Origin: Eledone cirrhosa | Lineage: Eukaryota | Reading direction: 5' to 3' | Length of the DNA stretch: 64,000 bases | Assembly (NCBI GenBank): GCA_964016885.1 | Contig: OZ024745.1 | Span: 67,952,001-68,016,000 of the forward strand | Shown: in pieces, positions 28,669-44,110 of the stretch | Layout of the letters: the number at the start of each line of letters is the position of its first letter | How positions within the stretch are numbered: position 1 is the first letter of the stretch | The notes under the pieces: model-generated | Seen by the model: the letters and a program-made list of their open reading frames with translations, nothing else | Told to the model about the DNA's origin: nothing | Databases searched by the model: none | Translations under genes and position numbers: made by a program

Positions 28669-28709
28669 GCGTATAGAGAATACACATGTATACATGTATA
28701 TCATTATAT

Positions 28710-29845
28710 ACCACCAGTACCACCACCACTAGCACTACCGCCACCAGCACTATCGCCACCACCACTACCACCACTACTACCACCTCCAGCGGAAGCAGCA
28801 GCAGCATCAGCAACAGCACGATCACCACCACAAACACCAGCACTACCAACACCAGTACCATCACCACCACCACCATCGCAACCAGCATCAGCACCACCAC
28901 CAACACCACGACGACAACGACGACGACCAGCACACCACCAGCACCAGTACCAGCACCACCAGCACCAACAGCACCACCACCACTACCACCGTCACCACAA
29001 CACTGCACCACCACCGCCAGCACTAGCACCGCCACCACTACCACCGTCACCAGCACCAGCACCAGCACCAGCACCAGCACCAGCACCAGCACCACCAGCA
29101 CCACCAGCACCACCACCATCACTACCAACACCAGCACCACCACTACTACCACCGTCACCACACCACTGCACCACCACCACCACTACCAGCACCACTACCA
29201 CCGTCACTACCACCAGCACCAGCACCACCAGCACCACCAGCACCACCAGCACCACCAGCACCACCAGCACCACCAGCACCAGCACCACCACTACCACCAC
29301 CAGCACCACCACCACTACCACCGTCACCACACCACTGCACCACCACCACCACTACCAGCACCAGCACCAGCACCACCAGCACCACCAGCACCACCACCAT
29401 CACTACCACCACCAGCACCACCACTACTACCACCGTCACCACACCACTGCACCACCACCACCACTACCAGCACCACTACCACTGTCACTACCACCAGCAC
29501 CAGCACCACCAGCACCACCAGCACCACCAGCACCACCAGCACCACCAGCACCAGCACCACCACTACCACCACCAGCACCACCACCACTACCACCGTCACC
29601 ACACCACTGCACCACCACCACCACTACCACCACTTCCACCACTACCACCACCACCAGCACCACCACTACCACCACCAGCACCACCACCACTACCACCGTC
29701 ACCACACCACTGCACCACCACCACCACTACCACCACTTCCACCACTACCACCACCACCAGCACCATAACTACCACCACCAGCACCACCACCACCACCACC
29801 AGCACCAGCACCACCACCACCAGCACCACCACCACCACCACCAGC

Positions 29846-29876
<31 letters not shown>

Positions 29877-29878
29877 CC
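28710..29878. repeat. (CAC/CAG/TAC)n trinucleotide-derived array with higher-order blocks
   Basis: The marker ccaccgtcaccacaccactgcaccaccacc recurs about six times. Confidence 0.95.
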
Positions 29879-30091
29879 CTGTTAGTGGCCAGGTCCGTTG
29901 TTGAGAGAGTCACAATACAACCCAATGTATTGATACATTGGGATTCCCCAATAGATTCTATTAGGAAAGTTTTCAGTCTGAAAGTTTCTATTTGAAAAAC
30001 ATAAACAAAAACAAAAGCACATACATACTTACACGCACTCACATACTCATATGTATAGATATACATACACACATACTCATATGTAGTACAG

Positions 30092-30137
<46 letters not shown>

Positions 30138-30254
30138 GTACTCATATGTGTGTGTGTATATCTATACATATGAGTACAGACATACATACATACACACATA
30201 CTCATATGTACACACATACATTCATATTCATACGTGCACATATACACAAACATA

Positions 30255-30321
<67 letters not shown>

Positions 30322-30376
30322 ATTCTCTCGCTCACACACACTGACACATACCCTTACACACTATCTCTCTCACACA

Positions 30377-30567
30377 GTGGATTGGCAGTATCGGTAGAGG
30401 GTCGGACGCCATGCTTTGACGCATAGAGTTACGGCCCTTGCCATTCTGAGTTCAAATCCCGCTGAGGTTTACTTTGCCCTTCATCCTTACGGGGTCGATA
30501 AAATAAAGTACCAGTAATGCACTGGGATAATTGCTGGCCTTGTGCCAAAAAGTAGAAACAATTATTA
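30377..30567 (+). mobile_element. SINE family A
   Basis: Near-full-length match. Confidence 0.92.
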
Positions 30568-30587
30568 TAAATACATATATACACACA

Positions 30588-30661
<74 letters not shown>

Positions 30662-30705
30662 TATATATATATATACATATATAACATATATATACATATA
30701 TACAT

Positions 30706-30861
30706 AACGAAGGAAATGTGGTAAGGAACCAGGTGGACCATAACGCACCAAAGTACTCAATACTTAGGGTAGTAGAGTGGGTAATAGGAACGAGTAAGAC
30801 CCCGACGGCTGAGCTCAAGCCGTTTCGACGGCTAATTCTGGACTACAATTAGTCCAGAATT
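30706..30861 (-). mobile_element. AACGRAGG-family element with a short terminal inversion
   Basis: Homologous to 37004-37212; aattctggacta / tagtccagaatt hairpin at the end. Confidence 0.8.
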
Positions 30862-31193
30862 ACATATAAACATATAAATACATATAAATACACACACACA
30901 TACACACACACACACACACATATATATACACAGACACACATTATATATACGCATACAGATACATTATAGAAAGCAAAAAATGTAAAGAAAATGGCGCTCG
31001 ATATAAATAGTAAACAATGAATCTAGTTATCATATAATTTATTGAAAAAGTAAATTAATAAATATGTAATATAAAAAAAAGCAAAAACAAAAACAAAAAA
31101 AACCCACACAATCAGAAAATAGACGTATCTATTCTTATCACACTGTTGAATATATATATATATAAGTGTAAGTGTGTATGTATTTGTGTGTGT

Positions 31194-31271
<78 letters not shown>

Positions 31272-31544
31272 GTGTGTGTGTGTGTGTTTGTGTGTGTGTA
31301 TAATTTTTTTTTCAAATGTCTTTTCTTCTTAAATTGAGAGAAAAATATGTATTATCGTTGTATTGTCCGTGTTGTTTTGTGAAGTCACGTCGTTTAGTTG
31401 TTAGGGGATTTAGTACATCTTTTTCTCTTACATATAAGTTGGTCTCAAGTTGATGTTGTTCGCCTGATCGAGATCAGAGATCAGTGTGATCTGCTCCCAC
31501 GGCTCACCACTACAAGAAAGTCGACAAACTTAGGCACTAAGTTG

Positions 31545-31860
31545 GTACATGATAGTAAGGTGGAGAGAGAGAGAGAGTTCGAATCCTGGTGTTGAGTTAT
31601 AACCATGGACAAGGTACTTTAATTCACGTTTCTTCAGTTCACTCAGCTGACAAATATGAGTTGTACCTATAATTCCGTGTCCTAGCCTTATCACACACTA
31701 TGTCACGCAGAATTTCTCTGAGAAATACTTTACAGGTACACGTGTCTGTGGAATGTTCTGTCACTTGCAAGTTATTTTGACGTACAAGATGTTCCATTGA
31801 TTAACAATAGGAGTTAACAATAGGAGCATTCGTCATCGGAAACGACGGATGTCCAACGCA
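31545..31860 (+). mobile_element. CORE-like SINE family B (diverged)
   Basis: gagttcgaatcc B box; homologous to the RC of 16405-16702. Confidence 0.65.
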
Positions 31861-32042
31861 CACACATACTCACAAGCACATTCATACACACACACTCACA
31901 TATAGTATGTTTGGATTTGAAAACACCAGAAAAAAGAACTCTGCCTATCCCAGTAAAAATAGTCCTCACCCTTCAGTTATGTGATCGGCAGGTAACCGTG
32001 AAACTGAGTAGCAACAAAGAGTAATTTCAGGAATATATAATA

Positions 32043-32160
32043 GGCGTGTGGCTGAGTGGTTAGAGAATTGGATTCGCAATCGTAAGGTTGTGAGTTCGAT
32101 TCCTGGACCAGGTGATGCGTTATGTCCTTGAGCAAGACACTTTATTTCACGTTGCTCCTT
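32043..32160 (+). mobile_element. CORE-like SINE family B 5' part
   Basis: tggctgagtggtta A box, gagttcgattcc B box, then tgtccttgagcaagacactttatttcac. Confidence 0.8.
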
Positions 32161-32267
32161 CTACCTGGAGTTGCGACCGATAGATAGTATTAGCAATTGG
32201 AAGACCAACGGAAACATTGTTCCCTCGGTCCGATTTGACGAAAGTCGATCGTTCCTTTTTATATATA

Positions 32268-32625
32268 TATTAATTCAAAATATTAACAAATATAGACATT
32301 CGTGTGATCAAGTATATTTTATTATACATATTTCAGAGGTACTGATCTATTTACAACAGTACGTCCTCATCAGATAAAATAAGATGATGCTTGACATACC
32401 TTGACTATGTTGACCATCAACATAGTCAAGGTATGTCAAGCATCATCTTATTTTATCTGATGAGGACGTACTGTTGTAAATAGCTCAGTACCTCTGAAAT
32501 ATGTATAATAAAATATACTTGATCACACGAATGTCTATATTTGTTAATATTTTGAATTAATATTAATAACTCCGGAAAACCATTCCTGTGGAGTGCTTCT
32601 AATCTATTGTAAAACCTTATTCATT
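32268..32625. mobile_element. Near-perfect fold-back element with two hammerheads (32316-32380 minus, 32450-32514 plus)
   Basis: Arms of about 145 bp centred at 32415; attttat CTGATGA ggacgtactg ttgtaaatagct cagtacctct GAAA tatgta TA ataaaat. Confidence 0.87.
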
Positions 32626-32650
32626 GATTTATTCATTGAACCTTGTTTAA

Positions 32651-33727
<1,077 letters not shown>

Positions 33728-33877
33728 GCATGACAAAGCACTCTACGTTAGTTGCCCCATTCCATATAGGCCGGAGCATAACGGGGATTAATATATATAT
33801 ATATATGAATGATTACGAAGACAGGATGCTCATTTTTCATTATTTGATTGAAAAATAGTACTTTGTCCTCGTAATCA

Positions 33878-34017
<140 letters not shown>

Positions 34018-34501
34018 GATTTCATTCCCGATAGTTAAGCAAAATTATATATATATATATACAAACATAAATTATCGAGATTCGCATTTCGGCCCACGAA
34101 ATAACGAAAAACAACCTCCGAGATGTGTGGCAAGTGCTCAATGATTCAGATGAACCAGAGCTATAACAAACGTTAAAGGCCAAACACACTGAGATATATA
34201 TAATTTTGCTCAACCATCGGGAATGAAATCCTAATATATATATATATATATGTGTGTGTGAGTGAGATATATATATATATATATATAAGGGATAACAAGT
34301 TATCGTTATAGGTAATCCAGTTAGAGGTTGTGAATACTCCGTATTGTGGATAGTTTTAGCGAACGGCGTTGTTTGACTCAACAAGAGGTTTCTTTAGGTA
34401 GCGAGTATATGAGTTCTCGGGAGTTCCTATGTAAGTTAATCTTGGAGTAATAATAGTGAAAGAATGAAGAATAACTGTTGACCATGTTATTCTTCACTCT
34501 T

Positions 34502-34575
<74 letters not shown>

Positions 34576-34797
34576 GAGAAGAAAGAAGAATACTGCGTGG
34601 TTTGCACATGGTTTACATATGATAAAAATAGTCCTTCGTCAGTGATTTTCCAACCATCATTGGTATTTCATCGCATTAAAAATCAGATACCTCAGTTTGG
34701 TGCGAGCAATAACTAAAAATAAGTTATTGGGACCAGAATTCGCGTAAGGCGAGGGGGACAAATAAACAACATAGAAGGATAAAAGCAAACCGAAGAC

Positions 34798-35100
34798 GCT
34801 TCTTTTAAGCACTCCGATAAACGAACATCAACGGCCCTCGCAAGTAAGGTATGGGATCTCAAGGATAGTAATATCCCGTACTCTATTGATTGGTCTATAT
34901 TAGACCATTCGAGGGAGTACCAAAGGGGCACAAAGAATTGTTCTTTGTGCACCACAGAAAAGTATAGGATTTTGCTAAACTTGAGAGCCACTTCCGCTTG
35001 CCTTAACTCAAAGACTGAGATCTTCAGATGCTGTCCTCACCTGAAATCGCATCTGATCTGTAACTGGATTGACACTCCTATGATAAATCAACCGCCTTGA
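34798..35100 (+). pseudogene. Penelope-like element (Naiad-type) GIY-YIG endonuclease C-terminal fragment
   Basis: Open frame ASFKHSDKRTSTALASKVWDLKDSNIPYSIDWSILDHSREYQRGTKNCSLCTTEKYRILL...LNSKTEIFRCCPHLKSHL...*; matches the PLE pattern T.LS..W.LK..I.W.I..C.LC..EK..LN...E...C.H; absent from the ORF track. Confidence 0.88.
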
Positions 35101-35444
35101 ACTCCTTTCCTGCTCTTTACTTCTGCTACGGTTTTTATTTTGCTGATTCTACCTTCTGTACTTCTGTATATTTACAAAATTTTTTTCTCCCTTACCTCCC
35201 CTTATATTTTACCTCCTCTTAGCCCCCCCCATATATTCTTTTTGTTTTGCCCTTCACATACCTATGTGTATGTGTATGTATTTTTGTGTGTATATATATA
35301 TGTATATATATATATATGTATATATGTATGTATATATATGTATTTATGTATGTGTGTGTATGCGTATGTGTATATATATGTATATTTGTGTGTGTATATG
35401 TATGTATATGTGGATAAACCAGGTTTTTTTCATTATTATTTTTT

Positions 35445-35502
35445 TTCATTCTGAAGATTGAAGGAAACATTTTTTGCTTTTAAGAAACCTCTGGTGAATG
35501 GA
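35445..35502 (+). ncRNA. Hammerhead in the PLE 3' region (cleavage triplet GTG, probably inactive)
   Basis: ttcatt CTGAAGA ttgaag...cttttaa GAAA cctctg GTG aatgga. Confidence 0.6.
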
Positions 35503-35651
35503 ATAATTGCCTTATGTTGCTTTATTACTTTACTACTATATATACGTTTATGTAAGGTTCATTTGTCTTTTCTAATACTGAGTTTTACACATACACACAT
35601 GTATATGTGTGTGTGTATGTGTATGCATATGTGTATATGTACGTATATGTG

Positions 35652-35752
<101 letters not shown>

Positions 35753-35949
35753 GTATATGTGTGTGTGTATTTATTATTTTTTTATGTATGTGTGTGTGTG
35801 GTTGTGTGTGTGTGTGTGTGTGTGTGTATTTGTATTTGGTTGTGCGTGTTTTTGATATATACGTATTTGCATGTGTATAATTATTTAGCTATGTATGTAT
35901 ATGTGTGTTTACGTATATGTGTGTGTGTGCGTTTATATTTTTATATTTT

Positions 35950-36024
<75 letters not shown>

Positions 36025-36537
36025 ATATAATTACATATACATGTGTGTGTGTTTATATTGTATACGTGTGCGTGTTTGTGTATGTATGTGTATGTATGTG
36101 TATGTATGTGTTTTTGTATTTGTTTATGTATATTTATGTATGAGAGTGTGTGTATGTGTTTACTATTTCGTACGTATGTATACGTGCTTTTGTGTGTATT
36201 ACTTACCACGCGTGTCTGTCCTGTTAGCTGGGTCATGTATCGGTGTCAAAAATGTTTAATATATATATATATATATATATATATTTTTCTTTTATTTATT
36301 TGCGTGTGTGAATATGTAGAGGAGTGCATTCATGTATGTGTATGTATGTACGTTTTGTATGTTTGTGTGAATGTATGTATGTGTGTATATATATGTGTGT
36401 GTGTATGGCTATGTTTGTGTATGTGTATGCTTGTACACACACATGTGTATGTGTGTGTATGTGTATGTGTGTATATGTATATATATATGTATATATATAT
36501 ATATATATATATGTACATATATATGTGTGTGTGTGTA

Positions 36538-36581
<44 letters not shown>

Positions 36582-36876
36582 CGTGTGTGTATATGTATTA
36601 ATGTATGTATGTGTATATGTGTGTATATATGTGTATGTGTATGTATGTGTACGTTTTTTATATATATGTGTATATGTATATATGTATGCGTACATATATA
36701 TATGTATATATGTATGTGTGTGTAAGTATGCTTTTGGGTTTTTTTTGTGTGTGTGTTTGCATGTGTAGTTTTATTTTATTTTATTTTTCCTTTCCTTCTC
36801 CCTTCTCCAGCCTCACTTTCATATAGATTGCATTTTTGTTTTTGTAATCCAAATTCAATAAACAAACCAGGATTTT

Positions 36877-36934
36877 TTCGTTCTGAGGATTGAAAGCAAA
36901 ACCTTTTGCTTTTAAGAAACCACTGGTAAATGGA
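36877..36934 (+). ncRNA. Hammerhead in the PLE terminal repeat, intact
   Basis: ttcgtt CTGAGGA ttgaaagcaaa acct tttgcttttaa GAAA ccactg GTA aatgga; about 11-bp stem II; direct repeat of 35415-35530. Confidence 0.8.
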
Positions 36935-36961
36935 ATAATTGCCTTATGTTGTTTATTACTT

Positions 36962-37003
<42 letters not shown>

Positions 37004-37005
<2 letters not shown>

Positions 37006-37212
37006 CGGAGGAGTTGTGGTAAGGAACCAGATGGACCATAACGCACCAGAGTACTCAATACTTACGGTAGTAGAGTGGGTAATAGGAGAAAGTATGACCC
37101 CGACGGCAGAGCTCAAGCCGTTTCGACGGCTATTTCTGGACTAAAGTATTTTAGTCCGGAAATAGCCGTCAAAACGGCTTGAGCTCTGCCGTCGGGGTCA
37201 TACTTTCTCCTA
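37004..37212 (-). mobile_element. AACGRAGG-family element with about 65-bp fold-back
   Basis: 37083-37146 is inverted at 37150-37213; TA flanks on both sides. Confidence 0.85.
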
Positions 37213-37299
37213 TATATATATATATATATGCATACACCCCTCCCTCTTTCTTGCTCCCCCTCTCTTTATATATATATGTATTCATATACGTACATACAT

Positions 37300-37840
37300 G
37301 ATGATGGCTGCCCCTTCGTTATCGAGTATGGCCATTGCATGATATACCATTATTAATAATTATTAATTAATTCTATAGTGCAATGCCTGTGCGTGAAGAT
37401 ATTTTTTAAAGTGAGGAAAGACTGTGCACTGAGCCAATCCCACTCTCCTAGTGACAGTAGCTATAACCCGAAAAGAAGAAAAGATCAACATCGTCGGTAA
37501 CTACTGAGCCACAGGTCTTATATCGGAGTTATCCCAGTTTCCTGAGTTGCCTTCTCATAGAAGAATGTCCTGACAAAGGCTAGGGGTCCTTCACTCCCAG
37601 TGGTTTAACCGCGCGGTACATGTGTATATAGATATTTACACACTTTTGGATGGCCATTGACTCTTATGAGTTCTTCGGCCCTTTGTCAGGTTTTGTTTTT
37701 TCTCCTGCAGGGTGTCCAAAATCACCCTCCTCACCAAGTAAACTTGTCACTCTTGAGTGCTACTGGTAACATGTAACCTAGTACAACCTGTGGCATGGTC
37801 GGGTCGTCGGCGACTAAACTGGCAACCCCACCAAGTTTAC
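37300..37840 (-). mobile_element. RTE-derived non-autonomous element (relative of 59-60 kb) with 5' inversion
   Basis: Shares ttttggatggccattgactctta...aggttttgtttt; 37757-37835 is inverted relative to the 59-60 kb copies. Confidence 0.7.
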
Positions 37841-39222
37841 GTACATACATAAATACATACATAAATACATACATACATACATATTATACATATATATCAC
37901 ACAATTATATTCACGTTAATTCCTTTTATACAAATTGATCAGTTTGATCAAACTGGAATTTGTTTTACCTATCTATATCGTTTGTGAGGAAGGCCAGCAT
38001 TTAAATATCGTTAATTTGAAAACTAACCCCGGGCATAACAATGAACAAAAAAAAAAAAAAAAAGAACCAACAAAAAACGAGAAACAAAACAAAAAATAAA
38101 ACGTTAAAAGAGAAAATAAATGGTTATAAATGGCTGCCAGAGCGAAGAATAACAAAAGCTTTATATGCATTAATAAATGTTCAGCAAAAATATAAGTGAT
38201 AAAAATACCGTTACGAAACCAATAGAACTAGCCACTGTGTCTAGGAAGAACAGAAACATCTCTGTATTCTCGAAAAAAAAAAAAAAAAAAAAAAAAGAAC
38301 AAAAATCGGATTATTCCGCATCACCAATAATGGCAGTAATTTAACTGAAAATATATCTAACATAAACTCTAAACTCATCGGGGAGACGAAGAAAATGGCG
38401 TATTATTTATGCACAATAAAAGTCATCCAAGAAAATCTCTAGCCAGTCTCATGCACATGAATGGATGAAAAGCCTGATGTATTTAGAAGGTTAGGTTTTT
38501 TTTTATTTCTCATTCAGGAAAAGACAACTGAAAAAATAATTTTTGTTAATGTCAGTTGCTTTGCTGACCACCTGGAAACTCTAATATTCCATATAAGGAA
38601 TACTCTAATGATTGTGATGACTGCAACAGTTTTGACAAATTGCGTTGATCTCTCTTGATTTGGTATGATCTGGTTTCAGCTTTGGTGACTATGTTAATAA
38701 TCGCATCAAAACAAAAGGAAATAAACAAACGAATAAAAAACAACAACAAAGATGCTTTCATTGAATTATGACTAACATAAAGCTCCAACATAGGCACAAG
38801 ACAAGTTATTTCTTTTACTGTTTAGTCAGTGAAAGAAGAGCAGTGCATACCACCATTTTTCAAGCTATTCTCAGACAGTTGTTTTAGCCTGAAAGCTTGC
38901 AAATCGTTGGACTTCGCTTAAGGCACAACAAAATACCCGGTGGTGATGTTAAAACGGGTGACGGATTAAGTTGACTACCCAAGTATGTCGCAGAGGTTAA
39001 TATGAACTTAGATCACCCCGCCCAAACAGTAAATACTGCAAGTCATCTCGTCTGGTTTTCTAATAATTCCACCAACCCACAGTCTGAGAGAGATACGACT
39101 CTGCCTCCCAGGATTAAGTGGAAGAAGAAGAAGAAGAAGAAGGGGATTAAGAAGAAGACGAAGAAGAAGAAATGGAAAAATAAGAAGAAAATAATAATAG
39201 TAATAATAATAATAATAATAAT

Positions 39223-39398
39223 GGTTTCTTATATAGGCACAAGGCCAGTAATTTTGGGGGAGGGGGAAAGTCGATTAAATCGATCCCAGTGCGTGACTGG
39301 TACTTTATTTTATCGACTCATAAGGATGAAAGGCAAAGTTAACCTCGGTGGGATTTGAACTCAGAACGCAAAGGGCCGTAACTCTATACTGCCAATCC
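39223..39398 (-). mobile_element. SINE family A (long variant, internally deleted)
   Basis: Match to 1339-1553. Confidence 0.85.
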
Positions 39399-39555
39399 AA
39401 TAATAATGATAATAAGAAGAAGACGACATCGAAACAATGAAAGGCAGCGTTGACTTTAGTGTGATTCAAGTACAGAGGTGGGTATATTTGACTGTTTATT
39501 CATGTATTATTTGTGTCTTTATGCCAACGTAAGAAATCGATATCAATATATATAT

Positions 39556-39630
<75 letters not shown>

Positions 39631-39631
39631 C

Positions 39632-39667
<36 letters not shown>

Positions 39668-41336
39668 ATAAATTTATATATATGTCAGTAATATGTGATA
39701 ATTTGAAAGCAGAAATGTGCTGCACCTTCTAGAAATTGAAGTTATTTTAACATAAAAGTTTATAAAAATAACGTCTGAACTGAAATAGAATAACATTTTA
39801 TATTATGCCCTGGAATACTATTATTTCTTCTCAAATTAATTATCTAATTTAATTTTTTTTACATGATATTTGTTTACGTAATATCATTGGCTAATGATAA
39901 CATGTGAATTGATAATGACATCAAAATATATTCTTTCGGCAAACTTGATTTAATAACCAACTTCTCCACCTTCACCTCACGCTCAATTAGAAAAAAAAAT
40001 TGTTCTGATTGAAAATGTTGAAAATTTGTCAAAGACAACAATAGAAGCTATTTTTATTAATTTCTTAGAAAAATATAGAGTTAATCGAAGACTGAAGAAC
40101 CATGAAAAAGTTAAATGATAAGGTATATGTAAATAATATTCATTTATAAATATTTCTCCTTTGGCAATATCCAAGTTTAATTTAAAAAAAAAAAATAAAA
40201 AAAAATCAAATTTTATGATTGCTTGATCAAATTTAGTAACATTTATAAAAAAATATAATCTAGCCCAATTATTATGTAAATTGCCAATTATTTAAATTTC
40301 TTCATGAGAATAATATGATTTTTACTACGCTGAACATAAGGGGATTACATATATTTTGTAGCTTCTATATAATTGAATTCCTTCTAAGAAATATCTAAAA
40401 TATCTAATATAAATGTCTCTCACGTACTCTTAAAAACCCGAATATAAATAAAAGTATATACTGTATAAACTACAGCTTTCATAGCAGATGTTATAAAAAA
40501 GCAATATTAAGATCAGTAACTACTGGATAGAACTAGTTTTCACAATATTCTGAACGTAATTTCATTTCAAATTCCGAAAGCAACTCTTGTTATATATTCA
40601 GAGTCCATATGTATAGTTTGAATTCTATATTAACTTATCTGATATGTTATCAGAGAAGCTAATATATATGAAGTTAAATATAACCAGAAACTAATATATA
40701 AGAAGTTAAATATAACCAGAAACTGTTTGAAAAAGACCAGTTTTCTTTTTTAGTTAATAAAGGTTATGCAGAGTGGTGACTGGAATAAACGCAAATATTT
40801 AATTCTGTTGAAAATCTTCGATTTTTAACAGTTTGTCAGAATCGGTAGTATCATTAAGGTGTTGGATTAAAAAGGCTTAGGTATTTGTTTTGGCTTACTG
40901 CGCTCTGAGTTCAAATCCTGCTATGGTCAACTTGGCCTTTCAACATTACGGGGTCGATAAATAAAGTACCAGTTCAGTACGGGTGTCGATTTTTCCTCTC
41001 TCTCTCTTTCTCTGAAATAAGTCGGTTGTGTTACGACATGGAGAGGGTTTGGCTCCACCAGGTTTGAAATTCCCGAAATACTTGTCATGACGGCACTCCT
41101 GTGACCCAACAAACGTTAAAGCTCTTTAATGTATTGAGGTCAATCTAATCAACTATATCTCTTCCATAAATTTAAGGCCTTTTACATATATCAGAAATCA
41201 ATATCAATTCATAAAATCAAGGCCAGACATTTTGAGGAGGTATACACTCGATTATATTGACCCGACCCCAGTACTTAACAAGTTAGGCGGTAAATTTCTA
41301 GACGTGTTTAAACGTCGGATAAAAATTATTGTAGAA

Positions 41337-41603
41337 TTTATTCCTGCTCTTTGCATTAAAAGTTCAAATAACTGAGGTTAAAGTTGCCTTTCATAATTTC
41401 GGGCTCGATAAACGAAGTACCGATCTAGGCGATTGACTATTCATATTGTTAAAGTGCTTGACAGGGTGCTTTATTCCTGCTCTTTGCATTAAAAGTTCAA
41501 ATAACTGAGGTTAAAGTTGCCTTTCATAATTTCGGGCTCGATAAACGAAGTACCGATCTAGGCGATTGACTATTCATATTGTTAAAGTGCTTGACAGGGT
41601 GCT
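41337..41603 (+). repeat. Tandem duplication (about 133 bp x2) of a diverged SINE segment
   Basis: ttattcctgctctttgcattaaaag...gcttgacagggtgcttt occurs twice. Confidence 0.85.
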
Positions 41604-41957
41604 TTGCATTACTTGTCGCCCTCTTTGTATTCAGATTTCAAATCCCGCCGTGGTATACCCCCCACTTACCATAAAGAGAATGAGGCCCCACTATGCCCAC
41701 ATCTGTAGTTAAGTATGATCAATTTCTATTCTACATATCGATTGTAGACGACACCTGATGATCACTTAGTGGATACTTTATTTTATCGATCTCAGAAGGA
41801 TAACGGTCAATGTTGACCACAATGATATCTGAATTCAGAAAGTAAAGAGTCGTACCTAATTACCACAATCTATTTTGTCGGACGCTCTATCGATTCTTCC
41901 AATTTCACCGTCCATATGTTAGAAATGAATATATTTCATTAAAATAATGGCTTTGCG

Positions 41958-43731
41958 GTATTTAGTTACTGCCCTTATTTAGTTACCGCCCTTATTTAGT
42001 TACTGCGCTTATTTAGTTACTGTCCTTATTTAGTTACTGCCCTTATTTAGTTACTGTCCTTATTTAGTTACTGCCCTTATTTAGTTACTGCCCTTATTTA
42101 GTTACTGTCCTTATTTAGTTACTGCCCTTATTTAGTTACTGCCCTTATTTAGTTACTGTCCTTATTTAGTTACTGCCCTTATTTAGTTACTGCCCTTATT
42201 TAGTTACTGTCCTTATTTAGTTACTGTCCTTATTTAGTTACTGCCCTTATTTAGTTACTGTCCTTATTTAGTTACTGCCCTTATTTAGTTACTGTCCTTA
42301 TTTAGTTACCGCCCTTATTTAGTTACTGTCCTTATTTAGTTACTGTCCTTATTTAGTTACTGTCCTTATTTAGTTACCGCCCTTATTTAGTTACTGTCCT
42401 TATTTAGTTACTACCCTTATTTAGTTACTATCCTTATTTAGTTACAACCCTTATTTAGTTAATGTCCTTATTTAGTTACTGTCCTTATTTAGTTACTGCC
42501 CTTATTTAGTGACTGTCGTTATTTAGTTACCGCCCTTATTTAGTTACTGTCCTTATTTAGTTACTACCCTTATTTAGTTACTACCCTTATTTAGTTACTG
42601 CCCTTATTTAGTTACTGTCCTTATTTAGTTACTGCCCTTATTTAGTTACTGTCCTTATTTAGTTACTGTCCTTATTTAGATACCGCCCTTATTTAGTTAC
42701 TGTCCTTATTTAGATACTGCCCTTATTTAGTTACTGTCCTTATTTAGTTACTGCCCTTATTTAGTTACTGTCCTTATTTAGTTACTGTCCTTATTTAGAT
42801 ACCGCCCTTATTTAGTTACTGTCCTTATTTAGATACCGCCCTTATTTAGTTACTGTCCTTATTTAGATACCGCCCTTATTTAGTTACTGCCCCTATTTAG
42901 TTACTGTCCTTATTTAGTTACTGTCCTTATTTAGTTACTCTCTTTATTTAGTTACTGTCCTTATTTAGCTACTGTCCTTATTTAGTTACTGTCCTTATTT
43001 AGTTACTGTCCTTATTTAGTTACTGCCCTTATTTAGTTACTATCCTTATTTAGTTACTGTCCTTATTTAGTTACCGCCCTTATTTAGTTACTGTCCTTAT
43101 TTAGTTACTACCCTTATTTAGTTACTGTCCTTATTTAGTTACTACCCTTATTTAGTTACTGCCCTTATTTAGTTACTGTCCTTATTTAGTTACTGTCCTT
43201 ATTTAGTTTCTGTCCTCATTTAGATACCGCCATTATTTAGTTACTGTCCTTATTTAGTTACTGCCCTTATTTAGTTACTGTCCTTATTTAGTTACTGCCC
43301 TTATTTAGTTACTGTCCTTATTTAGTTACTGTCCTTATTTAGATACCGCCCTTATTTAGTTACTGTCCTTATTTAGATACTGCCCTTATTTAGTTACTGT
43401 CCTTATTTAGTTACTGCCCTTATTTAGTTACTGTCCTTATTTAGTTACTGTCCTTATTTATATACCGCCCTTATTTAGTTACTGTCCTTATTTAGATACC
43501 GCCCTTATTTAGTTACTGTCCTTATTTAGATACCGCCCTTATCTAGTTACTGCCCTTATTTAGTTACTGTCCTTATTTAGTTATTGTCCTTATTTAGTTA
43601 CTCTCTTTATTTAGTTACTGTCCTTATTTAGCTACTGTCCTTATTTAGTTACTGTCCTTATTTAGTTACTGTCCTTATTTAGTTACTACCCTTATTTAGT
43701 TACTGTCCTTATTTAGTTACCGCTCTTATTT
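41958..43731. repeat. 17-bp minisatellite (CTTATTTAGTTACTGYC)n, about 104 units
   Basis: Visible array with period 17 (gccc at 41971 and 41988). Confidence 0.97.
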
Positions 43732-43903
43732 TATCCATCTGGTTCCTTACCACATTTCCTTCGATATATATATATATATATATATATAATAATAATATAG
43801 TAATAATAATAAATTTGAAGACTAAAATCCAAAGAGGGCTCGATAAGGATAAATCCCGTTAAGGGTGAAAGGAGCGATTCTTTGCTTACACTTTAATCTG
43901 TTA

Positions 43904-44039
<136 letters not shown>

Positions 44040-44074
44040 GAAATATTTGAATGGATACAGTTTAGTTGAAATGG

Positions 44075-44110
<36 letters not shown>

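Noticed and set aside
28633-29904. Pro/His/Thr-rich mucin- or extensin-like ORFs
   Set aside because: Trinucleotide repeat open in several frames on both strands, starting in a TA microsatellite
32043-32115. tRNA gene
   Set aside because: Continues into a CORE-like SINE body and lacks a proper acceptor stem
38500-38700. Possible host exon (pyrimidine tract plus AG at about 38517)
   Set aside because: Stops occur in all plus frames before a plausible donor and no recognisable protein results
41958-43731. CRISPR-like array
   Set aside because: Contiguous 17-bp units with no unique spacers, eukaryotic context and no cas genes
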